Part shown: positions 39,226-48,704 of the stretch, piece by piece
Layout of the letters: each line of letters starts with the position of its first letter
Numbering within the stretch: the stretch's first letter is position 1
Assembly: GCA_965204735.1 (NCBI GenBank)
Contig: OZ242008.1
Coordinates: 3,104,001-3,168,000, forward strand
DNA length: 64,000 nt
Direction of reading: 5' to 3'
Origin: Longimicrobiales bacterium
GTDB taxonomy: Bacteria; Gemmatimonadota; Gemmatimonadetes; Longimicrobiales; Gaopeijiaceae
The notes under the pieces: generated by a model
The model's input: only the letters and a program-made list of their open reading frames with translations
The model's database searches: none
What the model was told of the DNA's origin: nothing
Translations under genes and position numbers: made by a program

Positions 39226-41673
39226 ATGTCCGCCGTCGCGTGCTTGAGCCGATCGCAGCGTCAAAGGAAAGAACGGCTCCAAAGTCGGGAAAGCGCGCCG
39301 AGGGTCGAGTCGCCGTACGGTCGTGCGGGCCTGCCTGCCGTCGCGGCCCCGCTCACGGCGGTTCTGGTCTGCGTTCTTGCCTGTCCGGCCGCGGCCGCGC
39401 TTTCGTCGGGCCAGCAGGTGCGGACGGCGTTCTCCTCTTCCCCCTGTCACGGCGCTCCGTCTCTCCCAGGCGCCACCCTCTTCGCCAGCCGCGACCTTTA
39501 CTGCGTGTTCCTGACAGCACGACCGGGCTTGGAGCCGGCCGGCGGACGACTGGAGCTGCGCACGCCGCCCAGCCCGTTCGGCGTCGCCGTCAACGTTGCC
39601 GGCAATCACCTGTACGAGGGCGTGCTCACTTTGGAGGGACTCCCCGAACCGGAGACCCTCGGAGAGTACGAGCACTTCGTCGCCTGGCTGGCCACGCCGC
39701 TCTTCGACGTTGTGCACAACCTGGGGCCGGTGTCGAACGGCGCTCGAAGCATCGGCGAGATCAGTTTGAACAAGTTCATGATCCTCGTCACGGCTGAAGC
39801 GCGGACGGATGCGTCGGAGTGGGAAGGCAGACTCGTGCTGCGTGCGTCGTCGCCCAGCGCGCGGATGTCGCCGCCGGACATGCAGGAGTTCCTCATCGGC
39901 GCCACGGGGACGCAAGGCAACGGCGCCGGAGCGGCAGAAGGCGGCCCACACGCCGAGGAGCGCGCGGCCTCCACGGACATGGCAATGGCGGGTCACGGCC
40001 ACCGGGGCGACGGACCAGTCGGCCCCGACGGGTGGCCTCGTCCGCCAATGATGCCCGGTCTCACCATGTTCCCGGCCCTCATGGCCCTTGACGCGCCCAA
40101 TTCCGCCCCGTTCCTGCCGGCGACGGCAGGTCAGCCAAGTCGGAACAGCCAAGACGTGCGGGAGGGCGCCGCCGCGGCCCCTTTCGACCCGGCCACCCTT
40201 CCCCTCGCCCGTCCACGCGAGGTCGTTCCGCTCGAAGACGGCGACGCAACAGCCCTGGAGGCCGGCTTGGTTCGCCGTCGCATCCGGGGCCGCGATCACG
40301 TCATGTACGCATTCAACGGTCAGTACCCGGGACCGCTCCTTCACGTGCCGGAGGCCGCGACCGTCACCGTGGACTTCACGAACTCCGTGCCGTGGCCCAC
40401 CACGATCCACTGGCACGGCCTCCGCCTCGACAACGCCTCCGACGGCGTGCCCGGCGTCACCCAGGAGCCGGTCCAGCCAGGCGAGACGTTCCGCTACGAG
40501 GTCTTCTTCAAGGACCCGGGCGTCTATTGGTATCATCCGCATCATCGCGAGGACGTGCTGAAGGACCTGGGCCTCTACGGGAACATGCTAGTGGAGCCGA
40601 GCCATCCCAACTACTATGCGCCGGCGGACCGAGAAGAGGTCGTCATGCTCGACGACTTTCTGATGGCGGGCGACCAGATCATGCCATTTGGCGAAGAGCG
40701 CTCGACCCACGCGTTCATGGGGCGCTTCGGCAACCTCATGCTCGTCAACGGCGAGCCGGAGTACGAGATGTCGGCGACCGCCGGTGAAGTCGTGCGCCTC
40801 TACCTGACCAACGTGTCCAACACGCGCACGTTCAACTTGTCGTTCGCAAGTCCCGGCGTCCGCATGAAGGTGATCGGCGCCGACGTGAGCGCGTTCGAGC
40901 GGGAAGAGTGGGTGGAGAGCATCGTGCTGAGCCCCGCCGAACGGTATGTTGTGCATGTGCGCTTCGAGCGTCCCGGCGACTTCGTCATGGTCAATCGAGT
41001 GCAGGGGATCGACCACCTGGGCGGGGCATTCTTCTCCGAGACGGACACGCTGGGCGTCGTGCATGTCGCGGCGCCCGAGCCGGGCGTCGAGCCGTCCCAT
41101 GCAGCCATTGCCTTCGACAGCTTGCGGACGAACGTTCCTGCGGCTCGCGAGATCGCCCTCTTCCGCGAGTACTTCGACGACCCGGTGGACCACGAGCTCA
41201 CCTTCACGCTGGAGACGAGCAACGTCCCGTTCGTCGTGGACCGCCTGATGCGCTTCGACTCCGCCTACTTCCACCCCGTCGAGTGGAGCGGCACAATGCC
41301 GATGATGAACTGGAACTCGACGTCGGACCAAGTGCGCTGGATCGTGCGCGAGCCGTCCACGGGCCGGGAGAACATGGAGATCGGCTGGGAGTTTAGGGTG
41401 GGCGACGTGGTCAAGGTGCGGCTGCACAACGAGCGTCGCTCGTTTCACGCCATGCAGCACCCCTTCCACATCCACGGCCAACGCTTCCTGGTGCTGTCGC
41501 GCAACGGGGTCCCGAATGAAAACCTGGCCTGGAAGGACACTGTCCTCCTCCCCACGGGAACCACCACCGACATCCTCCTCGAGATCACCAACCCCGGCCG
41601 CTGGATGGCGCACTGCCACATCTCGGAGCACCTGGAATCGGGAATGCGCACGCTCTTCACGGTGCACCGCTAG
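39226..41673 (+). CDS. Multicopper oxidase with long N-terminal extension
   Basis: HWHG, WYHPH, HPFHIHG and HCHISEHLESGM copper motifs; start uncertain. Confidence 0.88.
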   Translation: MSAVACLSRSQRQRKERLQSRESAPRVESPYGRAGLPAVAAPLTAVLVCVLACPAAAALSSGQQVRTAFSSSPCHGAPSLPGATLFASRDLYCVFLTARPGLEPAGGRLELRTPPSPFGVAVNVAGNHLYEGVLTLEGLPEPETLGEYEHFVAWLATPLFDVVHNLGPVSNGARSIGEISLNKFMILVTAEARTDASEWEGRLVLRASSPSARMSPPDMQEFLIGATGTQGNGAGAAEGGPHAEERAASTDMAMAGHGHRGDGPVGPDGWPRPPMMPGLTMFPALMALDAPNSAPFLPATAGQPSRNSQDVREGAAAAPFDPATLPLARPREVVPLEDGDATALEAGLVRRRIRGRDHVMYAFNGQYPGPLLHVPEAATVTVDFTNSVPWPTTIHWHGLRLDNASDGVPGVTQEPVQPGETFRYEVFFKDPGVYWYHPHHREDVLKDLGLYGNMLVEPSHPNYYAPADREEVVMLDDFLMAGDQIMPFGEERSTHAFMGRFGNLMLVNGEPEYEMSATAGEVVRLYLTNVSNTRTFNLSFASPGVRMKVIGADVSAFEREEWVESIVLSPAERYVVHVRFERPGDFVMVNRVQGIDHLGGAFFSETDTLGVVHVAAPEPGVEPSHAAIAFDSLRTNVPAAREIALFREYFDDPVDHELTFTLETSNVPFVVDRLMRFDSAYFHPVEWSGTMPMMNWNSTSDQVRWIVREPSTGRENMEIGWEFRVGDVVKVRLHNERRSFHAMQHPFHIHGQRFLVLSRNGVPNENLAWKDTVLLPTGTTTDILLEITNPGRWMAHCHISEHLESGMRTLFTVHR

Positions 41674-41684
41674 CGCTAGCTTGC

Positions 41685-43262
41685 ATGCGCTACTTCAACA
41701 CGTCTGGGCCGGTAGTGCGAGAGGACCACTACTGCATCCCGCCGCTGGACCGCATGAACCTCGCCGAGCTTCGGCAACTCGTGGATCGGAAGCGGTACTT
41801 CGTCCTTCATGCGCCCCGGCAGACCGGGAAGACTTCTGCGCTCCTGGCGCTCCAGAGTCTGCTCAACGCCGAGGGCCGGCATCGTTGCGTCTACGTCAAC
41901 GTCGAGGGCGCTCAAGCGATGCGCGAAGACGTGGCGCAAGCAACTCGCGTCATTTTGGGCCAGCTGGCTCGTCAGGCGAGAAGAGCGGGCGACGGCTACC
42001 TGGCCGCCAACTGGTCCAGCATCTGGAACGAATACGGACCCGGCGCCCTGGGCGAGGCGCTGGCGCGTTGGGCCGAGAGCAGCAAAAGGCCGCTGGTGCT
42101 GTTGATCGACGAGATCGACTCGCTCGTGGGCGATTCGCTCTTGTCCGTGCTGCGCCAGCTTCGCGCGGACTATCACGAGCGGCCCAGCGGATTCCCCCAG
42201 AGCGTGATTCTTTGCGGAGTCCGGGACGTGCGGGAGTACCGTATCCACTCCGGCTCCGCCAACACGTTGGTCTCGGGCGGCAGCGCCTTCAACATCAAGG
42301 CCGAGTCCCTGCGCCTGGGCGACTTCTCTCGCGACGACGTGCGCGCCCTGCTCGGACAGCACGTCGAAGAAACCGGCCAAGCTTTCACCGACAACGCACT
42401 GCAAGCGATCTGGACCCAGACGCAGGGCCAGCCGTGGCTCGTCAACGCCCTCGCTTACGAGACCTGCTTCCGTCGCGATCTGGCGGGGGCGCCACCCCGC
42501 ACCGTGTCCGAACAGGACGTCCTGGAGGCCCGAGAACAGCTGATCCTGCGCCGCGACACCCACCTGGACCAGCTTACCGACAAGCTCAAGGAAGGCCGAG
42601 TCTGGAGGGTGATCGAGCCGCTCCTCACCGGCGCCCGCGAGTCCAGCTACACCGCGCACGACGTGGAGTACGTCCGGGACCTGGGGCTGATCGCCCGAAA
42701 CCCGCCGATCCGCATGGCCAACCCCGTCTACGCAGAAGTGGTGCCCCGGGAGCTGACGTGGCTCGCGCAAGACGACCTTCCCCACGACCCGGCGTGGTAC
42801 GTGGACGCCTCCGGCGCCCTGCACCTGGGCAAGCTGCTCGAAGCGTTCCAGGAGTTCTACCGCGAGAACTCGGAGCACTGGATCGAGCGCTACGGCTTCA
42901 AGGAGGCGGGTCCGCAGCTGCTCCTGCAGGCGTTCTTGCAGCGGGTCGTCAACAGCGGGGGGCGCATCGAGCGGGAGTACGCGTTGGGCAACGGACGCAC
43001 GGACTTGCTTGTCGTGTGGCCGCAGGGCGAGCGCGTGCGCAGGTACGTGGTCGAATGCAAGGTTCGCCACGACCGCTGGGGCATGGAGCGCACCGTGGCC
43101 GAAGGGGTGGAGCAAACTGCGACGTACATGGACCGTTGCAAAGCCGAGGCCGGGCACTTGGTCGTCTTCGACTGCGACGAGGAGCGCCGCTGGGACGAGA
43201 AGGTCTTCCGCGACACTCGGACCGCCACGGCCGGCGTCGAGGTCGCGGTGTGGGGGACGTGA
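41685..43262 (+). CDS. AAA-like ATPase with C-terminal PD-(D/E)XK nuclease domain
   Basis: FNTSGP, APRQTGKT, LIDEID, FNIKAESL, GQPWLVN; C-terminal EREY..G.GRTDLL...VECK. Confidence 0.85.
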   Translation: MRYFNTSGPVVREDHYCIPPLDRMNLAELRQLVDRKRYFVLHAPRQTGKTSALLALQSLLNAEGRHRCVYVNVEGAQAMREDVAQATRVILGQLARQARRAGDGYLAANWSSIWNEYGPGALGEALARWAESSKRPLVLLIDEIDSLVGDSLLSVLRQLRADYHERPSGFPQSVILCGVRDVREYRIHSGSANTLVSGGSAFNIKAESLRLGDFSRDDVRALLGQHVEETGQAFTDNALQAIWTQTQGQPWLVNALAYETCFRRDLAGAPPRTVSEQDVLEAREQLILRRDTHLDQLTDKLKEGRVWRVIEPLLTGARESSYTAHDVEYVRDLGLIARNPPIRMANPVYAEVVPRELTWLAQDDLPHDPAWYVDASGALHLGKLLEAFQEFYRENSEHWIERYGFKEAGPQLLLQAFLQRVVNSGGRIEREYALGNGRTDLLVVWPQGERVRRYVVECKVRHDRWGMERTVAEGVEQTATYMDRCKAEAGHLVVFDCDEERRWDEKVFRDTRTATAGVEVAVWGT

Positions 43263-43318
43263 GCCGGCCGACCGCTCCATTTCGTCGGCTTTGTCGGCGT
43301 CCGGCGTTCGCGCCGCGC

Positions 43319-43684
43319 CTACTGCTCCGTCGCTTCCTCCAGCATCTGGCGCACCATCTCCACCCGTCGCCGGTTCACCCCGAAGTCGGACCAGCCCCAG
43401 CGCGATGAGGAACGGACATCGATCGCCCGGCCGTCGGCGCGCAGCCGGACGCGAAAATCATCCGGAAAACCCATGCGCGTGCGAACCACGGCGTGAAGCG
43501 CGTCGTCGGCGTCCAGCAAGATCGTTGTTCTGGGCAAGCTCGCCACGAGGGCCTTGAGCCGAGCGAACGCCGCGATCGGGTCCCCCTCGACGACATAGGG
43601 CTCGACGCGGTTGCCGGGCGGGGCGTCGTCGCGGCTGCACACGCAGTTGGGGCGGGCCGGACAGGGGGGCAACGCCCCGCTCAC
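43319..43684 (-). CDS. DUF1499 family protein
   Basis: CPARPNCVCS, GFPDD, VRSSSR.GWSDFGVNRRRVE. Confidence 0.85.
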   Translation of the reverse strand: MSGALPPCPARPNCVCSRDDAPPGNRVEPYVVEGDPIAAFARLKALVASLPRTTILLDADDALHAVVRTRMGFPDDFRVRLRADGRAIDVRSSSRWGWSDFGVNRRRVEMVRQMLEEATEQ

Positions 43685-44808
43685 CTGAACGCCTTCTGGA
43701 TCCGGTCCAGCGCCTTTGCCCCTGGGCACAGCACCTCGAACGGACAGCTGACCAAGGGCTCGTCGACCGTCCCCTGTATGCCGTGGAAGTCCCTGGCTGA
43801 ACCGGAACCGGCGTCGGCCGCGCCAGGGCCGGCGTCCACGGAGCCGGAAGCGTTGCCGCCGATGTCGTCCGCCGCCTCCAGATACAGCAGCCCGGTCGCG
43901 ATCTCGCCCGCCTGCTGTCGCTCTCGGACGTAGGCGTACACGCGGTCGCGGTCCTGGGGGTCGTAGTCGTCCGGGACCTTCCGAAAGCGGACGCGGCTCC
44001 CGTCGTGCATGACCACGGTGCGCGCGTCCCCGGCATCGTAGCTGGTGGTGATCTCCTCGGCAGGCGGCACGAAGTCCGCTTCCACGACCGAGCTGCAGTG
44101 GTCGCGAGTGTACTCGTAGCTCTTGGTGGAGCCTCGGTGGTCGTTGAAGGTCACGCAGGGCGAGATCACGTCGACCAGCGCAAAGCCCCGGTGACGAAGG
44201 CCTGCCTTGACGATCGGCACCAGCTGCTCCTTGTCGCCCGAAAAGCTCCGCGCCACGAACCCGGCGCCCAGGCCCAGCGCCAGGAGCACCGGATCTATTG
44301 GGTGTTCGCGGTTGACCTGACCTCGCTTCGCCTTGGCGCCCATGTCGGCGGAAGCGGAGAACTGGCCCTTGGTGAGGCCGTAGACGCCGTTGTTCTCCAA
44401 GACGTACAACATGTCCACGTTGCGGCGGACGACGTGGGCGAACTGGCCGATGCCGATCGACAGGCTGTCGCCGTCGCCGGAGACGCCGACGCACATGAGG
44501 CGGCGGTTGGCGGCGTGGGCCCCCGTCGTGATCGACGGCATCCGCCCGTGGACGGCGTTGAAGCCGTGCGCCTCCTCCAAGAAGTAGGCCGGCGTCTTGC
44601 CGCTGCAACCGATTCCCGAGGTCTTGACGACCATGTGCGGCTCCACATCCATCTCCCAGAACGCCTGCACAATTGCCGCGGTGATCGAGTCGTGGCCGCA
44701 GCCGGCGCACAACGTGGACATGGATCCCTCGTAGTCCCGGCGCGTCAGGCCCAGTCGGTTCTTGGCGAGCCCGGGGTGACTGATCCGGGGCTTGGCGATG
44801 TGGGTCAA
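43681..44808 (-). CDS. korB: 2-oxoacid:ferredoxin oxidoreductase beta subunit
   Basis: LCAGCGHD, SGIGCS, HGR, GDGD...NNGVYGLTKGQ TPP-binding motif, SPCVTFN. Confidence 0.9.
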   Translation of the reverse strand: MTHIAKPRISHPGLAKNRLGLTRRDYEGSMSTLCAGCGHDSITAAIVQAFWEMDVEPHMVVKTSGIGCSGKTPAYFLEEAHGFNAVHGRMPSITTGAHAANRRLMCVGVSGDGDSLSIGIGQFAHVVRRNVDMLYVLENNGVYGLTKGQFSASADMGAKAKRGQVNREHPIDPVLLALGLGAGFVARSFSGDKEQLVPIVKAGLRHRGFALVDVISPCVTFNDHRGSTKSYEYTRDHCSSVVEADFVPPAEEITTSYDAGDARTVVMHDGSRVRFRKVPDDYDPQDRDRVYAYVRERQQAGEIATGLLYLEAADDIGGNASGSVDAGPGAADAGSGSARDFHGIQGTVDEPLVSCPFEVLCPGAKALDRIQKAFR

Positions 44809-46730
44809 CGGACGCCCTCATGCACGGCCTGCACGGCAGGCTCCGGGGCCGCGTCCCTCTCGCCGCGGTCGCCCAACCCCAAGCGGGGCGCCAAGCCGTC
44901 GATCACGTGGTGGCAGCTCATGGGCAGTCCGCCGTAGCAGAGGACCGACACGAGAGTCTCCTTGGCCACCTTCGTCTCGGAGATCAGCAGCTTGCGAAGC
45001 TGGCCGTCGCGGTTCTGTTCGACGACGAAGTTGGTCTCGTGTCGAGCCATGAACGCTTCCACTTCCGGATGAAAGGGAAACGCCCGCACGCGAAGGAAGT
45101 TCACCGCCACGCCCCGCGCGGTCAGCTCGTCCACCGCTTCCAGAACGGCGCCTCGACAGCTGCCGACCGTCACCAGCCCGATCTCGGCGCCCTCCCGCGC
45201 CTGCACCTCCGGGGCCGGCAAGTGGACCGCCGCCCCGTCGATCTTGCGGCGAAGGCGGTCCATGACGTCGGAGTACGGCGCCGAGTCCTCCGTGTACGCC
45301 CCGTAGCGGTCGTGGCCGGAGCCCCTTGTCACGTAGGCGCCCTTGGGGTGCACGCCCGGAAGGGTCCGACGGGGAACGCCGTCGCCGTCCACGTCCAGGT
45401 AGCGGTGAAAGGATCGCACCTCCTCCAGGTCGGCGGCCGACAGCACCTTGCCGCGGTCCGGCCGATAGGAGTCGTCCCACTCCAGCCTTGGCACGACCCA
45501 GTCGTTCATTCCTATGTCCAAGTCGGTGAGCACGAACGTGGGCGTCTGGAAGCGCTCCGCCAAGTCGAACGCCTTCACGGCGAAGTCGAAGCACTCCCGG
45601 GGATCGGCTGGAAAGAGCACCAGGTGCTTCGTGTCACCGTGGGAGGCGTAGGCGACGAAGAGCAGATCGCCCTGCTGGGTCCGCGTCGGCATCCCGGTGG
45701 ACGGCCCGACGCGCTGCACGTCGAAGAACACCGCCGGGATTTCGGCGTAGTACGCCAAGCCGACGAACTCGGTCATCAGGGAGAGCCCCGCCCCACTGGT
45801 CGAAGTGAACGCCCGCGCGCCCGCCCATCCTGCGCCCAGCACCATGCCCGCAGCCGCCAGCTCGTCTTCCGCCTGGATGATGGCGAAGCGGTTCTTGCCC
45901 GTGTCCGGGTCCTTGCGGTGGCGGTTGCAGAAGGCGGCGAAGGCGTCCACCAGCGAGGTGGACGGGGTGATGGGATACCACGCGGCCACGGTGGCGCCTG
46001 CGTACACGCAGCCCAGCGCCGCCGCCGTGTTGCCGTCGACGAGGATCGAGTCGCCGTTGGCCGACATGGGCTCCAGATGCACCGGCAGGGGGCAGTCGAA
46101 GTGCTCCTGCGCGTACTCCCAGCCCAGGTCGATGGCAAGAAAGTTGGCGTCGAGAAGCTTCTTCTTGGCGGAGAACGACTCCCGCAGAAGCTCCTTCACG
46201 AGCTCGAGGTCGATCTTGAGCAGCGCCGCCAACGCTCCCACGTAGCAGATGTTCTTCATGAGGATGCGGGTGCGCGCGCCCTCGAAGTTGTCCACCGCCA
46301 TGCGGGCCAGGGGCACGCCCAGAAAGGTCGCGTCGTCCCGCTCGACGCCCCTCGGCAACGGCCAACTGGAGTCGTGCAGGATCCAGCCTCCCGCCACCGT
46401 CTCGGCAACGTCCCGGGCGTAGCTTGCAGGGTTCATTGCCACGACCACGTCGAAGCGCGCCGTCCTGGCCGTGTGCCCCTGCGCGTTCGCCCGTATCTCG
46501 TACCAAGTCGGCAGGCCCTGGATGTTGGACGGGAAGAGGTTCTTCCCCGACACGGGGATCCCCATCCGGAAGATCGCCCGCCGCAGCAGGCCGTTGGCGC
46601 TGGCGGAGCCGGTCCCGTTGACGGTTCCGATCTTGAAGGCCAAGTCGTTGACGCGGGGGAGCACGGCCTCCCCGGGGGGCTCGTCGGCCCCTCCGGGCGG
46701 TTCGCCGTTCGAGCTCGGGCGAGTGGTCAT
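44805..46730 (-). CDS. korA: 2-oxoacid:ferredoxin oxidoreductase alpha subunit
   Basis: FPSNIQGLPTWY, WYPITPST, QAEDELAA, TSGAG, QRVGPSTGMPT. Confidence 0.9.
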   Translation of the reverse strand: MTTRPSSNGEPPGGADEPPGEAVLPRVNDLAFKIGTVNGTGSASANGLLRRAIFRMGIPVSGKNLFPSNIQGLPTWYEIRANAQGHTARTARFDVVVAMNPASYARDVAETVAGGWILHDSSWPLPRGVERDDATFLGVPLARMAVDNFEGARTRILMKNICYVGALAALLKIDLELVKELLRESFSAKKKLLDANFLAIDLGWEYAQEHFDCPLPVHLEPMSANGDSILVDGNTAAALGCVYAGATVAAWYPITPSTSLVDAFAAFCNRHRKDPDTGKNRFAIIQAEDELAAAGMVLGAGWAGARAFTSTSGAGLSLMTEFVGLAYYAEIPAVFFDVQRVGPSTGMPTRTQQGDLLFVAYASHGDTKHLVLFPADPRECFDFAVKAFDLAERFQTPTFVLTDLDIGMNDWVVPRLEWDDSYRPDRGKVLSAADLEEVRSFHRYLDVDGDGVPRRTLPGVHPKGAYVTRGSGHDRYGAYTEDSAPYSDVMDRLRRKIDGAAVHLPAPEVQAREGAEIGLVTVGSCRGAVLEAVDELTARGVAVNFLRVRAFPFHPEVEAFMARHETNFVVEQNRDGQLRKLLISETKVAKETLVSVLCYGGLPMSCHHVIDGLAPRLGLGDRGERDAAPEPAVQAVHEGVR

Positions 46731-48526
46731 GGCGCGACGGCGTGGAGCTCGCCTGCCTCGAGCCCGGCGTAGGGAATCAGCAGGTCCGACTTGCGCATGT
46801 CCCACGCCGCGGTCGGGCACCGCTCGGCGCACAAGCCGCAGTGGATGCACAAGTCCTCGTCCTTGACCATGATCCGGCCGGTCTGGGGCAGGTCCTCCGA
46901 CACGAAGAGCGGCTCTTCCGGGTTCAGCAGCGGCGCCGTCAAGCGCTGCACCAGCTCCTCTTCGGGACCGTTGCCGGTGATGGTGAGGCAGTCCAGCGGA
47001 CAGATGTCGATGCAAGCGTCGCACTCGATGCACAACCCGGCTTCGAAGTGGGTCTGCACGTCGCAGTTCAGGCACCGTTCCACTTCGGTCAGGGTCTGCT
47101 CGACGTCGAAGCCCTCCTCCACTTCGATGTCCAATCGTCGAAAGCGCTCCTTCAGGTCCACGTGACGCATCTTGACCCGCTGGGATTCGTCGTAGTCGTT
47201 GGAGTACGTCCACTCGTGAAGCCCCATCTTCCAGCTCGTCAAGTTGACGCCGTACGGCGGGCGCTCCTCCAGGGACCGGCCGTGGCAGTACGCGTGAATG
47301 GAGATCGCCGCCTGGTGCCCGTGCTCCACCGCCCAGATGATGTTCTCGGGACCCCACGCCGCGTCGCCGCCCGAAAACACGCCGGGCCGGGTCGTCATGA
47401 AGGTGTTCCGGTCGACGATCGGCATCTCCCACTTGTTGAACTCGATGCCGATGTCGCGTTCGATCCACGGAAACGCCGTGTCTTGTCCGATCGCCAGGAT
47501 CACTTCGTCGCACGCGACGACCTTGCTTCCCAGCTTCTCGCTCCGCAGCCGTCCGCCTTCGCCCTCGCGCCACCGCACCACGTCGAACTCCATTGCGACC
47601 AGCTTCCCGCCTTCCACGACGAAGCGGGCGGGAGAGTGGTTCTCGACGACCTGCACCTGCTCCTCGATGGCGTCCTCCAGCTCCCACGGCGACGCCTTGA
47701 AGTGGGGCTTGGTCTTGCGCGCCATCACCTTCACGTCGATCGCGCCCAGGCGCTGGGCGGTCCGGCAGCAGTCCATGGCCGTGTTGCCGACCCCGATCAC
47801 CAGCACGCGCTCGCCGCACTGCTCGACGTGGCCGAAGCGCACCGACTCCAGCCATTCGATCCCGATGTGGACTTGCTCCGGAGCGTCCCACCGGCCGGGA
47901 ATGTCCAGTTCCTTCCCCTTCGGAGCCCCAGACCCTACAAAGACAGCGTCGAAGTCGGCACTCACGATCTCCGCCAAGCTGTCCACTGGAGTGTCCAGCC
48001 GCACGTCCACGCCCATCTCCGTGATGTATTCGATCTCCTCCCACAGCACCTTGGCGGGCAGGCGAAACTCGGGGATGTTCGTCCACATCAAGCCGCCCGG
48101 CTTGGCCAGCTTCTCGAAGATCACGACCTCGTACCCCAAGGGCATGAGGTCGTTGGCCACGGTCAGCGACGCCGGCCCGGCGCCGATGCACGCGATGCGC
48201 TTTCCGTTCTTTTGCCGAGGGACCTTCGGCAGGAAGGGCCGAACGTCGTCGCGCAGGTCGGACGCGACGCGCTTGAGGCGACAGATCGCCACGGGCTCTC
48301 CGTCCAAACGCACGCGACGGCAGACGGGCTCGCACGGGCGGTCGCAGGTGCGTCCCAGTATGCCGGGAAAGACGTTCGACTTCCGGTTGAGCAGGTACGA
48401 CTCGGTGAACTGCCCGTTGGCGACGAGCCGGATGTATTCGGGAACGTCCGTGCCCGCCGGGCACCCCCACTGGCAGTCCACCACGCGGTGGTAGTGCCGA
48501 GGGTCCCGGGTGTTTGTGGGCTGCAT
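46727..48526 (-). CDS. GltD-like FAD/NAD(P)H oxidoreductase with 4Fe-4S ferredoxin domain
   Basis: CQWGCPA, GRTCDRPCE..C, GAGPAS, GNTAMDC, CIECDACIDICP, CIHCGLCAERCP. Confidence 0.88.
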   Translation of the reverse strand: MQPTNTRDPRHYHRVVDCQWGCPAGTDVPEYIRLVANGQFTESYLLNRKSNVFPGILGRTCDRPCEPVCRRVRLDGEPVAICRLKRVASDLRDDVRPFLPKVPRQKNGKRIACIGAGPASLTVANDLMPLGYEVVIFEKLAKPGGLMWTNIPEFRLPAKVLWEEIEYITEMGVDVRLDTPVDSLAEIVSADFDAVFVGSGAPKGKELDIPGRWDAPEQVHIGIEWLESVRFGHVEQCGERVLVIGVGNTAMDCCRTAQRLGAIDVKVMARKTKPHFKASPWELEDAIEEQVQVVENHSPARFVVEGGKLVAMEFDVVRWREGEGGRLRSEKLGSKVVACDEVILAIGQDTAFPWIERDIGIEFNKWEMPIVDRNTFMTTRPGVFSGGDAAWGPENIIWAVEHGHQAAISIHAYCHGRSLEERPPYGVNLTSWKMGLHEWTYSNDYDESQRVKMRHVDLKERFRRLDIEVEEGFDVEQTLTEVERCLNCDVQTHFEAGLCIECDACIDICPLDCLTITGNGPEEELVQRLTAPLLNPEEPLFVSEDLPQTGRIMVKDEDLCIHCGLCAERCPTAAWDMRKSDLLIPYAGLEAGELHAVAP

Positions 48527-48568
48527 CGCGGCGGCGGAGTTCATGGACGGCAAATCTACTCGCCTGCC

Positions 48569-48610
48569 CGTCCGTTGCGAAAGGGGAGGCGTCCGTTGCG
48601 AAAGGGGAGG
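48569..48610. repeat. Perfect 21-bp tandem duplication in a divergent promoter region
   Basis: CGTCCGTTGCGAAAGGGGAGG x2. Confidence 0.9.
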
Positions 48611-48704
48611 CGGCGGGCGAGTCGGGTTAGCTTTAGGACGCCTCCCGCCCGCAGGGAGACTCGAAGACGCACCATGCCCCTCCCCCGTACGATCGAGGTG
48701 ATCC

